Shown piece by piece: positions 38,088 to 48,910 of a stretch of 60,758 nucleotides of DNA. The notes below the pieces were generated by a model, which was not told the DNA's origin, did not search any database, and was given only the letters and a program-made list of their open reading frames with translations. Numbering within the stretch: the first letter of the stretch is position 1; each line of letters opens with the position of its first letter. The translations under genes and the position numbers were made by a program. Origin of the DNA: Pirellula staleyi DSM 6068 (GTDB lineage: Bacteria; Planctomycetota; Planctomycetia; Pirellulales; Pirellulaceae); assembly GCA_945870455.1 (NCBI GenBank), contig CAMBSL010000001.1, positions 1 through 60,758 of the forward strand. The letters run 5' to 3'.

Positions 38088-41000
38088 TTGGCACGCAATT
38101 GTGTCAGTCTCCAATCGATTTTTGATTACCCAAAAGGTCTTTTCGTGCGATCTTGGATTGCCACTATTTTGCTGTTCTTTAGCAGCCTCATAACGCTTGG
38201 TCGCGTCGATGCGGCCGAATCCGTTGAGATGTTGGTACTCATGAATGGTTCGGGAAAAGTGGAACGCTACGACCTCGCGAGCGGCAACCATCTTGGAACA
38301 TTACTGAGTGGGCTTCCGCCCTCGAATGCAATTCTGATTGACGTCGATGGACGTTTGCTAATTTCTACGGGCGTGCCGGGAGGCGCGGGAACCGTGTTGC
38401 GTTATGACCCACGGGGTGATGGACGGGTAGAGACACTGCTTGACATTCCGGAAGGCTACGGTGGCAGGCTGTTTCGCGCGACTGGAATGACTTGGTTCGA
38501 AGGGGACTTACTGGTTGCCAGTCAAGGCGACGGCAAAGTCAAACGATACTCTTATCCGTCTGGCGAATGGAAAGCAGACTCTGCCCTTGCTTCACCCGGA
38601 GGTATTACGCAAATCGCCGTGCACGACGGGCGACTGTTCGTTACCGACTTTGTTGCTCAGGCACTAAGACGGGCGTCCGAAAAGCTCGATGGTTCATTGA
38701 GTGACATATGGGCTGAGCGAACGGCTCATGCTCCTTGGGGGCTGGCGTTTGACAAAAAGGGAGTCGCCTATTGGAGCACCTCCGCGAACCGCATTCTCCG
38801 TTTCGATGGAAAAGAAACGGTCGAATGGGCCGGAGTTGGCGGTGAGCTGAATACTCCCGTCGGTATTGCGATTGGACCAGACGGCTTGATTTATGCTGCG
38901 AACTTAAACGCGACGGTGAGCGTTTGGCCAAGCGATGCGGCGAGCATCAGCGGCCCTTTGCAAGTGCTAAGTGGTCCTGAGATGAAATCTCCGATCAGTT
39001 TTGCGTTTGCAGCGGAAATTCTTTCGAAAGAATTTGTATACACGCCAGCCGCTGAGGATTCCTTAGGCTCCACAGATAATCTTGCGTTCTTTGAATCGAA
39101 GATTCGACCTCTACTCATTGCACGATGCATTGAATGCCATGGCGAAACATCGCAGGAGGGCGGGCTTCGTTTGGATACTCGTCATGCTTGGGAGGAAGGT
39201 GGGGAGTCTGGCCCAGCGATTCGTTCAGGCAAGCCAGAAGATAGTCTGCTGATCAAGGCCATTCATTACGCAGACAAAGATCTGAAGATGCCGCCAGACA
39301 AGCAGTTGTCCCTAGACGAGATCGCATTGCTCTCGACATGGATTCGACATGGAGCCATCGACCCGAGACAAGATGCTGGCGTTGCGGCCCCGCCCACAAC
39401 CAATGAGTGGGCCGAGGAATTTCAGAAACGCCTCGATTGGTGGAGCCTGAAGCCACTAGCGAAACCAGAGCCACCGATCTTGCGAGACAACCATTGGTCA
39501 GAACTCCCTGTGGATCGATTCATCTTGGCCGCTCTCGAACGAGCGAATCTCCAACCTGCTCCTGCTGCAGAGCCGGCAGTATTGCTTCGGAGACTCGCGA
39601 TTGTTTTAACGGGTTTGCCGCCAACGCCAACTCAGCGCGAAACGTTTCTGCAGCATTGGCAAGTCAATCCTAACGTAGCTTATGAGAAGCTCGTCGATGA
39701 GTTCCTCGATTCACCGCATTTCGGGGAACATTTCGCGCGGCATTGGATGGACGCCGTTCGATACACCGACACGTACGGTTATGAATGGGACGTTCCCGCA
39801 AAAGGAGCCTACGAGTATCGCGACTACCTGATCCGTGCCTTCAACGGCGACGTGGGATTTGATGTCTTTCTGCGCGAGCAATTGGCCGGTGATTTACTGC
39901 CTCAGCCGAGAGTGAATACCGAACTAGGAATCAACGAGAGTATCATTGGTCCCATGTTCTATCATATGGGCGAGCATCGGCACGGAAGCAGTCTGGCCTA
40001 CAACGGTGTGCATCAGGAGATGGTCAGCAACAAGATAGACGCCTTTTCCAAAGTCTTCTTAGCCACGACGGTCGCCTGTGCGAAGTGTCACGACCACAAG
40101 CTAGAAGCTGTATCCCAGAAAGATTACTACGCGCTCGGGGCTGTGTTCATGACTCCACGTTGGGTCAGCCGACCGGCGGATGCTCCTGGAAAGAACGATG
40201 GGGCGATTGCAAAGCTGAAAGAATTGCGAAGTGCAATTCGTGATGAGATCGCAAAACAATGGATGGAAACAACTCTTCCATCAACAATCTGGCATGCTCC
40301 GTTGGAAGCCCCCAACGTACCACAGCCAACGATCGACGACATCTCTTTCCCACTTGCAAAACTAATCGCCGCCAAAGTTGACGTTGAATCGACGTGGAAT
40401 GCACTCAAGACCGAATGGGCCACCACACGCGCGGCTCGCATCCAAGGGAACGAGTCCTTTCAGTTTCTCACCGATTTTGCATTGCCCCAGATTCCGTCAG
40501 GTTGGGTGACCGATGGTGACGGGATGAAACATGGATGGGTCGAAGAGGCCACGCCATTGATCGCACTCGACGGTGAATCCATCATCTCGCGAATATTGCC
40601 GCGAGGCTATCACACACATTCACTGTCTTCTAAACTCCCTGGGGCGCTGAGAATGCCTCCCGAGAATCGGGTGCCAGGTCAGTTCGTAAGTCTCAAACTC
40701 GCCGGTGGGGAGTTTGGCGGCTACCTTCAAATGGACGAAAACTCCATACTGCATGAAGGTGTCAGCATCCTCAATCAGGTTCAACCGACTTGGCGAACCA
40801 TTGGCGATACCCCTATGAAAGGGGGCGTTACGAAAGTCACCGTCGATTTCGTGACTTCGTCGCTCAACCCGAATTTTCCGGCCAGAGTAGGGGTCGTTCC
40901 GGGGTTGCCGAATCACGATATGGGGTACGACAAACGCAGTTGGCTAAGCGTAACGGGTATCGCGACGCATGATGTGGGAGGAACACCACAGGATACGCTT

Positions 41001-42260
41001 GATGCTTTTGAATCGTTATATGCCAGCTTGCCTCCCAAGACCGTCGAGGAAGTCAATGATCGTGTCTCCGCGTGGTTCACCACTGTGATTCAACGATGGT
41101 GCGAGGGACATGTCCTTCACGGTGATCGCCAAGTCATTGAGTGGTTATTGTCGCATAATCTGTTACCGAATCAGGCGGCTCCGGATAGTCGTCTCGCACA
41201 GTTGATGAGAGAGTATCGAGCTGTCGAGCAGAACATCGCATTTCCCCGTTCAGTGAACAGTATGGATGAACGAGAGGTCGCCAAATCTGGACTTCATCTC
41301 AACATACGGGGCAACTACGACGCGCTCGGGGAGTTGGTCATGCCCGATTCCCTGCAAATGTTCGCAGGTCGGAACGATGTAGCCAAGAGCACGGGAAGTG
41401 GCCGCCTGGAACTTGCCGATTCCTTGCTGCATCCTGAGCATCCGCTGACTTCTCGAGTCTATGTGAATCGCGTATGGCAATGGGTATTTGGAACTGGGCT
41501 GGTGACTACACCAGATGACTTTGGACGACTAGGGGACAAGCCTTCCAATCCGGAATTACTCGATTGGCTGGCGAGTGATTTTGTTCGTGAGGGGTGGGCG
41601 ACCAAGAAGCTAATCCGGCAACTACTGCTCACTGAAACCTTTCGTCAATCAGGCAAAGGCAGTGAAGATGCAAAGCAGCGTGATCCTGCCAATCGCCTAC
41701 TTCATCACTATCCCACTCGGCGACTAGAAGCCGAATCCATTCGCGATGCCATGCTCAAAGTTTCCGGGCGTCTGGATGACAAGTTATACGGTCGATCGAT
41801 CAATCCGTTCCGGCCGGCTGAAGACAGAGCCAAGCGACTCTTCTCTGGTCCGTTGGATGGAGACGGACGTCGGTCTCTCTATCTGACCATGTCAATTATG
41901 GCCCCACCCAAGGTTTTGACAATTTTTGATTTGCCCGATTTGCGACTTCCCAGTGGTAAACGCAATGTGACCAATGTTCCGTCGCAATCTCTGATGATGC
42001 TCAACGATCCGCTGGTGAGCATTCTCGCCAAACATTGGGCTTTGAAACTTCTAAATGCCCCGCATAACACACCAGAAGAACGGGTGAACGCCATGTTTAT
42101 TGCAGCCTTCGCCCGCGCACCGCAAGAGCATGAGTTGCAGCAATGGACCACCGCTGCCAAGGACTTTTCAACCACGCCTGACTTGATGAAAGACGAAGCT
42201 GCCTGGACCCAACTGGCGCATACATTCTTCAACACTCAGGAGTTCATTCACTACCGCTAA
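38088..42260 (+). CDS. Beta-propeller + PSCyt1/DUF1549/DUF1553 fusion protein (start probably about 38145)
   Basis: N-terminal NHL-like blades (PWGLAFD, PVGIAIGPDGLIY), CIECH, FGEHFARHWMD, CAKCHDHK, NRVWQWVFG, FNTQEFIHY. Confidence 0.9.
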   Translation: MARNCVSLQSIFDYPKGLFVRSWIATILLFFSSLITLGRVDAAESVEMLVLMNGSGKVERYDLASGNHLGTLLSGLPPSNAILIDVDGRLLISTGVPGGAGTVLRYDPRGDGRVETLLDIPEGYGGRLFRATGMTWFEGDLLVASQGDGKVKRYSYPSGEWKADSALASPGGITQIAVHDGRLFVTDFVAQALRRASEKLDGSLSDIWAERTAHAPWGLAFDKKGVAYWSTSANRILRFDGKETVEWAGVGGELNTPVGIAIGPDGLIYAANLNATVSVWPSDAASISGPLQVLSGPEMKSPISFAFAAEILSKEFVYTPAAEDSLGSTDNLAFFESKIRPLLIARCIECHGETSQEGGLRLDTRHAWEEGGESGPAIRSGKPEDSLLIKAIHYADKDLKMPPDKQLSLDEIALLSTWIRHGAIDPRQDAGVAAPPTTNEWAEEFQKRLDWWSLKPLAKPEPPILRDNHWSELPVDRFILAALERANLQPAPAAEPAVLLRRLAIVLTGLPPTPTQRETFLQHWQVNPNVAYEKLVDEFLDSPHFGEHFARHWMDAVRYTDTYGYEWDVPAKGAYEYRDYLIRAFNGDVGFDVFLREQLAGDLLPQPRVNTELGINESIIGPMFYHMGEHRHGSSLAYNGVHQEMVSNKIDAFSKVFLATTVACAKCHDHKLEAVSQKDYYALGAVFMTPRWVSRPADAPGKNDGAIAKLKELRSAIRDEIAKQWMETTLPSTIWHAPLEAPNVPQPTIDDISFPLAKLIAAKVDVESTWNALKTEWATTRAARIQGNESFQFLTDFALPQIPSGWVTDGDGMKHGWVEEATPLIALDGESIISRILPRGYHTHSLSSKLPGALRMPPENRVPGQFVSLKLAGGEFGGYLQMDENSILHEGVSILNQVQPTWRTIGDTPMKGGVTKVTVDFVTSSLNPNFPARVGVVPGLPNHDMGYDKRSWLSVTGIATHDVGGTPQDTLDAFESLYASLPPKTVEEVNDRVSAWFTTVIQRWCEGHVLHGDRQVIEWLLSHNLLPNQAAPDSRLAQLMREYRAVEQNIAFPRSVNSMDEREVAKSGLHLNIRGNYDALGELVMPDSLQMFAGRNDVAKSTGSGRLELADSLLHPEHPLTSRVYVNRVWQWVFGTGLVTTPDDFGRLGDKPSNPELLDWLASDFVREGWATKKLIRQLLLTETFRQSGKGSEDAKQRDPANRLLHHYPTRRLEAESIRDAMLKVSGRLDDKLYGRSINPFRPAEDRAKRLFSGPLDGDGRRSLYLTMSIMAPPKVLTIFDLPDLRLPSGKRNVTNVPSQSLMMLNDPLVSILAKHWALKLLNAPHNTPEERVNAMFIAAFARAPQEHELQQWTTAAKDFSTTPDLMKDEAAWTQLAHTFFNTQEFIHYR

Positions 42261-42324
42261 AGCAGCAGTAGGAAACTTGGAAAGTGCAACGATCACCATA
42301 CCCTCCCATGAAATGAAAGTGTCC

Positions 42325-43743
42325 ATGAAACATCCCCAATGTCCTGGCTCCATTGCCCCTGCCGACACACGACGAGGCTTCCTTCAGCAATCCTCCGCTG
42401 GGTTTGGTATGCTTGCGCTCAATGGTTTGTTCTCTAGCCAGGCCCAAGCGGCGACACAGCTTCCTGCCAAGGCCAAGAACGTCATTTTTTGTTTCATGGA
42501 TGGTGGACCAAGCCATGTCGATACGTTCGACTACAAACCGATGCTCAAGAAACATCAGGGGCAACCCATCGGCTCCCATTGGGTCACCAAACGGTCCGAC
42601 AACTCTGCGGGGCGAGTTTGGTTGGGATGCCCATGGGAATTCAAGCAACGCGGCGACAGCGGATTGTGGGTGAGTGATCTGTTTCCGAATCTTGCTCAGG
42701 TTGCAGACCATCTTTGCGTCGTGCGATCGATGGTTGGAGAATTGCCTCTGCATGGTCAGTCCAATCTATTGCTGCACACCGGACGCGTTCTCGGACAGGC
42801 ACCCAGTATCGGAGCCTGGATATCCTACGGACTTGGTACTGAGAACAAAAATCTCCCCGCTTATGTCTTACTGAACAATGACTGGGTTCCCAACGGCGGC
42901 CTCGAAAACTTTGGCAGTTCTTTCCTTCCCGCCAGTCATCAAGCCACGATGATGCGTGCCAAAGGGACGCCAGTCGACAATATATCGCCACAAGACAGCA
43001 GCACAACGCAGCGTCAAAAGCTGACTTTGCTAGCCGAATCGAATGCAGCCTTCGGGAAACAGACTTCGGAGCCACAAGAGATTGAAGCGGCCATCGCAAA
43101 CTACGAGACTGCGTTTCGGATGCAGAGCAATGTTCCAGATCTCGCCGATATAAGTATGGAGCCAGAACACATTCAAAAGATGTACGGCGTGGACTCGTCC
43201 GATGAACATCAACGGTTCTATGCGACGCAGGCGTTGCGAGCTCGCAGGCTGGTGGAGGCAGGAGTCCGGTTTGTTGAGATCACTTGCCCAAGTTTCGACG
43301 GCAACAATTCGCCGTGGGACCAACACACACTTCTCAAGACGAACCATGAGAAGAACGCTAGAGTCACCGAACAATCGGTCGCTGCACTCATTACGGACCT
43401 TCATCAAAGAGGCTTGTTGGATGAGACGATCGTACTCTGGGCAGGTGAGATGGGACGAACTCCTGCCGTCGGTGCTATCAACGATACCACCGGACGCGAT
43501 CATCACGTGAGCGGCTACACCATCTTTATGGCAGGCGGCGGATTTAAGGGCGGAATGACCTACGGCGAGACCGATGAGTTCGGAACAAACGCTGTTATCA
43601 ATCCAGTTACCGTTCATGACATCCACGCCACGATCTTGCACCAAATGGGACTCGACCACGAACGACTGACATATCGCTATGGCGGTCGTGACCATCGACT
43701 AACCGACGTGCATGGCAACGTGATTCGCGAGGTGTTGGCGTGA
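42325..43743 (+). CDS. DUF1501 domain protein
   Basis: TRRGFL, GGPSHVDTFDYKP, ARRLVEAGVRF, WDQH, GEMGRTP, GRDHH. Confidence 0.93.
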   Translation: MKHPQCPGSIAPADTRRGFLQQSSAGFGMLALNGLFSSQAQAATQLPAKAKNVIFCFMDGGPSHVDTFDYKPMLKKHQGQPIGSHWVTKRSDNSAGRVWLGCPWEFKQRGDSGLWVSDLFPNLAQVADHLCVVRSMVGELPLHGQSNLLLHTGRVLGQAPSIGAWISYGLGTENKNLPAYVLLNNDWVPNGGLENFGSSFLPASHQATMMRAKGTPVDNISPQDSSTTQRQKLTLLAESNAAFGKQTSEPQEIEAAIANYETAFRMQSNVPDLADISMEPEHIQKMYGVDSSDEHQRFYATQALRARRLVEAGVRFVEITCPSFDGNNSPWDQHTLLKTNHEKNARVTEQSVAALITDLHQRGLLDETIVLWAGEMGRTPAVGAINDTTGRDHHVSGYTIFMAGGGFKGGMTYGETDEFGTNAVINPVTVHDIHATILHQMGLDHERLTYRYGGRDHRLTDVHGNVIREVLA

Positions 43744-45512
43744 ACAAACGCAATTTCAACATTCGATGTTATGTTGTGTTTAGTGCGCTAATACTTTGCG
43801 CATCAACCTCTCTGTCTCAAACGCGAGATACGCTGTCGGATACTTGGGCTGCCACGGATGCTTTAGGGCGAGTATTGCCGATGAGCTCTGAGGCTGACGA
43901 GCCCAAGCGGAACCGAACCGTCGGCATCTTCTATTTCAACTGGCAAGCCTCTTTCGGAAACCAGAATGTCTATGACATCTCGAAAATTCTGAACGCGGAC
44001 TCCACGGCTCTTCCTTGGGGGCCTGCACAGGCCCCGCACTACTGGAACGAGCCTCGCTTTGGTTACTACAGACCGGATGATCCATGGGTCATCCGGAAAC
44101 AAGTCCAAATGCTCACGGATGCTGGCGTGGACGTGCTCATTTTTGACGCTACCAATGGACTTACTTATGACGCGGAGCGAGAAGCGTTGTGCTTGGTGTT
44201 AGAACAAATGCAGTCCGAGGGACATCTCGTCCCCAGGATCGCGATATTTGCTAATGCAGGTCACAATGCGGTGGTACAGCATTTGTGGGAGACTTTTTAT
44301 AAGCCTGGCAAGCATCGAAAACTCTGGTTTGAGTGGAAAGGAAAGCCTTTGCTACTTACGCCCACGACGGGGTTGAGTGAAGAGGTGACAACCTTCTTTA
44401 CCATCCGTACCTCCTGGGCTTGGACTCGCGGTCAACCTTGGTTCGGCGATGGAAAGGATAAGTGGCCATGGTTAGACCACGCACCGCAACTGCCCGGCTG
44501 GCATGACGCGCCCAACAAAGCAGAATGCGTCCCAGTAGGAGTGAGTCAACACGCGACCAGCAATATCGGGCGCAGCTACCATGGCAGTCGGCAACCTGCG
44601 CCAACTGAGTGTCATCCAGACCAGGGATTGTACTTCGATGAGCAATGGCGGCATGCCCTCCCACTCGATCCCGAGTTCCTCTTCATCACCGGCTGGAATG
44701 AGTGGGTGGCCCAGCGCTTTCTCTCGGATGGTACCCAAGCATTCCAAGGCCGAATTTTGCCAGCCGGGGAATCATTCTTTGTTGATTTGTACGACCAAGA
44801 GTTCAGTCGCGACATCGAGCCCATGCGTGGCGGTTTTGGTGACAACTACTACTGGCAGATGGCCGCTAACATTCGTCGATACAAAGGTGTACGACCAGTG
44901 CCTGATGCCTCGCCACCCAAGACGATTTCGATCCCTGGCGACTTTGCACAATGGGACAATGTAAAACCCGTGTATCTCGATGACCAGCACGACACCGCGC
45001 ACCGCGATCACGAAGGCGTGCCCGGTGCCGGGCGCTACATCAACAAGACGGGTCGTAACGATCTCGACACAATGCACGTCGGCTATGATGCCACTCATCT
45101 CTTCTTTCACGTAACCACACGTGAGCCGCTCACCCCCTCGAACGATGTCGATTGGATGATCTTGTTGCTCGACACCGATCAAGATGGCAAGACTGGGTAC
45201 CTCGGCTACGACTACCGGCTCAATCATAGTCGCAGTTCTCCGGGTGCCTCAAGCATTGAACTTTGGAATGGCAAAGCGTGGATAGCAGCAGGAAAGGCAA
45301 AGTTGCAAGCGGGCCCAAACGAGCTTCATATCGCGATCGATCGTCATTCGATTGGCTTGGCTGCCGACAAACCCTTGAAACTTGACTTTAAGTGGACCGA
45401 CAATATCCCTCCTGGTGGCGATGGTATGGATTTTCTTGATCAAGGCGATACGGCGCCAAACGCCAGATTTAACTATCGCTTCCTCGTTTCGCCAACTCTC
45501 ACTCCACCATAA
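43740..45512 (+). CDS. Secreted glycoside hydrolase family 71/99-like protein
   Basis: VGIFYFNW, EPRFGYY, AGVDVLIFDATN, ITGWNEW, SRDIEP, C-terminal beta-sandwich. Confidence 0.65.
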   Translation: MNKRNFNIRCYVVFSALILCASTSLSQTRDTLSDTWAATDALGRVLPMSSEADEPKRNRTVGIFYFNWQASFGNQNVYDISKILNADSTALPWGPAQAPHYWNEPRFGYYRPDDPWVIRKQVQMLTDAGVDVLIFDATNGLTYDAEREALCLVLEQMQSEGHLVPRIAIFANAGHNAVVQHLWETFYKPGKHRKLWFEWKGKPLLLTPTTGLSEEVTTFFTIRTSWAWTRGQPWFGDGKDKWPWLDHAPQLPGWHDAPNKAECVPVGVSQHATSNIGRSYHGSRQPAPTECHPDQGLYFDEQWRHALPLDPEFLFITGWNEWVAQRFLSDGTQAFQGRILPAGESFFVDLYDQEFSRDIEPMRGGFGDNYYWQMAANIRRYKGVRPVPDASPPKTISIPGDFAQWDNVKPVYLDDQHDTAHRDHEGVPGAGRYINKTGRNDLDTMHVGYDATHLFFHVTTREPLTPSNDVDWMILLLDTDQDGKTGYLGYDYRLNHSRSSPGASSIELWNGKAWIAAGKAKLQAGPNELHIAIDRHSIGLAADKPLKLDFKWTDNIPPGGDGMDFLDQGDTAPNARFNYRFLVSPTLTPP

Positions 45513-45532
45513 TCCCCTTGAATCCCCCTGCC

Positions 45533-48139
45533 ATGACACGCACAAACGCTAAGTCTCGCATTCGGCCCGTCATCGGTTGTTTCCTGTCCATCGCCATGTA
45601 CTTCGCCATTGGCTTTAGTCAATCCGCTCTATGGGCCCAGAATCGTGCAATGCCTAAGGTTGAGCGGGTTGATGCACAGCCGTTGCTGGTAATTACCAAC
45701 CGACTTGCTGAAGCCATGCAATCGATTGGAGCACCTTTCACGCAGGAACAAATCCAAACAATCAACGTTCTGAAAAATGAGCCGAGTGATGCTAAAATCA
45801 CAGCCAACATTCAGCGAATTTTAGATCCCTTGTGCGTTGCCTCCATCGAAATTCGAGCCGACGGCGAGACGATCGTAACACCTGGTGAGACGGTGGATTT
45901 AGCGGAAAACGGTTGGCGAGCCATGCTCGTAAAAGTCGTCAATCGGGCTGGGGTTCAATCCAAGCTGCGTGTGGATAGCCCTAACGCGAGACCCATCCCA
46001 CACGGACCCAAAGAGGACATCGACAATCGTTGGTTAGCTCTTTCGATGTTTGATGGACGGCCTCTCAACGCCAATCTCAGCGGACTGGAATTGGAATATC
46101 GTATCGTTCAGTTATCTTCAACCACCGTCGGCAATCGCAAGGCTCGACTCGAGTTTAACGCTGGAATCGCGGGTTCCGCAAATTCCTCGGTCATTCGACA
46201 ATGGCGGTTTGACAAGGATTCCGATGGATGGGGCGAACTCAATGACTTGAAAATGGTTGTGCGTAATCAGTCACTCTTTCTCGAAGCCACAGGAGACGAT
46301 CCATTCATTTCTGCACCGGTTACGGCTCGGGGTGGACGGATGGTACTTCGCTTCTGGGGCCGCCCTGACGGACCGGGAGTTGGACAAGTCTTTTGGTGGA
46401 CCGAACAGTTGCCACAACCCGATGGTGGCCGACAAATGGTATTCCAACTCGACCCTGGTAGCGATCGTGAATACGCTATCGAGTTGCCTGTTGAAGGTGA
46501 TTTGAAAGGGGTTCGTATCGATCCCTTGCAAGGCCCGGGCAAATTCCGCATCGATTGGATTAATCTTGAATATGCTGCTGGCGAAAATGGCACATGGAAC
46601 GGAGCCGATGTCGATATTCGAACGGTTCCAAGCACTGAAGTCAAATTCGCAGTCACCGATGCGGATGGTTCGCCCTGCATGGCAGCCTTTGAGATTCGCG
46701 ACGATCAAGGTCGCGTCTATCCCTACCAATCAAAACGCCAAGCACCCGATTTCTTCTTTCAAACTCAGATCTATCGCGAGTCGGGCGAGAGCATTCGATT
46801 GCCACGCGGGAAATACACGGTGAAGTGTTCTCATGGTCCAGAGAGCATCGTTCAAATGCAAACGCTGGATGTGGGTGGCGAACCGTTAACGCTGAACTAT
46901 CAAGTCCAGCGATGGATCGACACAGCCAAGCTTGGTTACTGGAGCGGTGATCACCATATCCATGCTGCGGGTTGTTTGCATTACGAAAACCCGATGCAGG
47001 GTGTGTTACCCAAAGACATGCTTAGGCATATCATGGGCGAAGATGTAAAGGTAGGTTGCTGTCTCACTTGGGGGCCTTGTTTCGATTTCCAAAAGCAGTT
47101 CTTTTCGGGCAAGCCGGACGACGTGAGTCGCTACCCGTATCTTCTTCGTTACGACATCGAAGTCAGCGGATTTGGCTCTCATCAGTCTGGGCACTTGAAC
47201 TTGCTCAAACTTCGTCAGCAGATTCCCGCAGGGGGAAACTCGAATCAGCATTGGCCGACTCTAGGAATGAACACATTGCGATGGGCCAAACAGCAAGGGG
47301 CGGTCACCGGAACAGCTCACAGCGGTGCAGGCCTGACACGCAGCGTCGGTCGCGTCGATGGTAAAGACGGACCACACCGCTTGCCCAATTTTGATATCCC
47401 TGCGTTTGATGGAATCGGCGCCAATGAGTTCATCATGCAGGTGACCCATGAAGTAGACGGACCCGATGGAATGAAGCAACCTGCGCTTGACTTCATCGCG
47501 ACCATGAACACGCCTCGTGAGACGGAATGGAACATTTGGTACCACGTGCTTAATTGTGGACGTCGTGTTGTTGCTAGCGGCGAAACCGACTTCCCATGTA
47601 TGACTGGGGAACGCCTGGGAATAGGACGTGTTTATGTCAAGCTTGGCGGTGTGTTGGATTATGACCAATGGGTCGAAGCACTTCGTCGTGGTGAAAGCTA
47701 CGTAAGCGATGGCACGAGTCACCTCATGGACTTCGAGAAAGAAGATGATGGTTCGTTTACGTTAACTGCGGCGTCGTATAAGTCGGATGAATCCGACGTG
47801 GACGTAGAACTGATCGTCAATGGATATCCTGTCGCCTCTCAAAAGATAAAAGCCAACGGGAAGACGCAGAAGCTTCACTTTGAAATTGCAAAACCGGAAC
47901 GAAGCTGCTGGGTGGCTGCACGCATTTTTCCTTCGGCCCACACGAATCCAATTTGGGTTAATGTAGACAACAAGCCTGTCAGTATCCGTGCAAGCGCCAA
48001 ATGGTGTCTCGCTGCCCTGGAACAATGTTGGCTTGAGAAGCAGAGGACGTACGCTCCAGGCGAGCAACCTCAAGCTCGTCTGGATTACGAACATGCGAGA
48101 AAGAACTATCAAAGGATTCTCAAGGATGCAGCCGAATAG
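45533..48139 (+). CDS. CehA/McbA family (PHP-like) metallohydrolase with an inserted CBM-like module
   Basis: WSGDHHIHAAGC, EVSGFGSH, AHSG, WYHVLNCG..SGETDFPC, GRVYV, SAHTNPI. Confidence 0.85.
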   Translation: MTRTNAKSRIRPVIGCFLSIAMYFAIGFSQSALWAQNRAMPKVERVDAQPLLVITNRLAEAMQSIGAPFTQEQIQTINVLKNEPSDAKITANIQRILDPLCVASIEIRADGETIVTPGETVDLAENGWRAMLVKVVNRAGVQSKLRVDSPNARPIPHGPKEDIDNRWLALSMFDGRPLNANLSGLELEYRIVQLSSTTVGNRKARLEFNAGIAGSANSSVIRQWRFDKDSDGWGELNDLKMVVRNQSLFLEATGDDPFISAPVTARGGRMVLRFWGRPDGPGVGQVFWWTEQLPQPDGGRQMVFQLDPGSDREYAIELPVEGDLKGVRIDPLQGPGKFRIDWINLEYAAGENGTWNGADVDIRTVPSTEVKFAVTDADGSPCMAAFEIRDDQGRVYPYQSKRQAPDFFFQTQIYRESGESIRLPRGKYTVKCSHGPESIVQMQTLDVGGEPLTLNYQVQRWIDTAKLGYWSGDHHIHAAGCLHYENPMQGVLPKDMLRHIMGEDVKVGCCLTWGPCFDFQKQFFSGKPDDVSRYPYLLRYDIEVSGFGSHQSGHLNLLKLRQQIPAGGNSNQHWPTLGMNTLRWAKQQGAVTGTAHSGAGLTRSVGRVDGKDGPHRLPNFDIPAFDGIGANEFIMQVTHEVDGPDGMKQPALDFIATMNTPRETEWNIWYHVLNCGRRVVASGETDFPCMTGERLGIGRVYVKLGGVLDYDQWVEALRRGESYVSDGTSHLMDFEKEDDGSFTLTAASYKSDESDVDVELIVNGYPVASQKIKANGKTQKLHFEIAKPERSCWVAARIFPSAHTNPIWVNVDNKPVSIRASAKWCLAALEQCWLEKQRTYAPGEQPQARLDYEHARKNYQRILKDAAE

Positions 48140-48701
48140 TCGCGAATCGCGAATCGCACGCAGATTCTGCGGCGCAAGTCGTCCATGGAAAACGATAAAG
48201 CTGTTCTCGCTTCCCATCGCATTACTGTCGGTTGCCATTGCATCGGGATGCAAACCGACGCAAAAATCCACTCAAATCCCCTCGGCCGAAGTCAGCAATG
48301 TCGAACAAGCCAAACCGGCAGTGTTGATCACGGTGAGCATCTCCCCTGAATCAAGGGTTAAGGCGACTGCCGAGGAACTCGCGATGGAGCTTGATCAAGG
48401 CGTCTGGAAAGATTTCTTAGTCGAAATCGACAACGCTGCTGGGATCACAGCTCCACTCATCATTGAGTCCGAGCAGATCTTGCAGTCCGATGCTGACAGC
48501 TCGCGAGAACGGTGGCTACAGTTCGAGCTCAAACCTAACGTGGCACTCACTGGATTGCGGAACGAAATCCGCAGTCTAAGATTGAAGAGTCGTGACTCAG
48601 GAATTCGGACAGCTATCCTCAACTTCAATGCGGGACAGGGAACGCAAGACTTGGGGTTCCGCAGCGATGTACTGGTTACTTTTAAGGTGCACGAAAAGTG
48701 A
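48126..48701 (+). CDS. Lipoprotein, stand-alone paralogue of the N-terminal domain of the upstream CehA/McbA protein
   Basis: Lipobox IASGC. WKDFLVEIDNAAG/RWL/LTGL/FNAG align with WRAMLVKVVNRAG/RWL/LSGL/FNAG. Confidence 0.75.
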   Translation: MQPNSRESRIARRFCGASRPWKTIKLFSLPIALLSVAIASGCKPTQKSTQIPSAEVSNVEQAKPAVLITVSISPESRVKATAEELAMELDQGVWKDFLVEIDNAAGITAPLIIESEQILQSDADSSRERWLQFELKPNVALTGLRNEIRSLRLKSRDSGIRTAILNFNAGQGTQDLGFRSDVLVTFKVHEK

Positions 48702-48825
48702 CGAAGAGCCGAAACATCCTGTGGATTGGATTGAATGCGTGAGGACTTGATGCAGTAGCTTCGCCACGATAGTATTGGCTTAGACACCATAGCATTGTTG
48801 GACGAGTTCGACCATGCGTTCGATC

Positions 48826-48873
48826 GTCGTTCCGGCTTCAGGCGGAAGACGCATCGCCTGAAGGCGGAACTAC
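48826..48873. repeat. Degenerate GTAG REP doublet (third family)
   Basis: GTCGTTCCGGCTTCAGGCG ... CGCCTGAAGGCGGAACTAC. Confidence 0.72.
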
Positions 48874-48910
48874 AAACGGAAGCCTACCCCACGAGGGCTT
48901 GGAGCAACTT

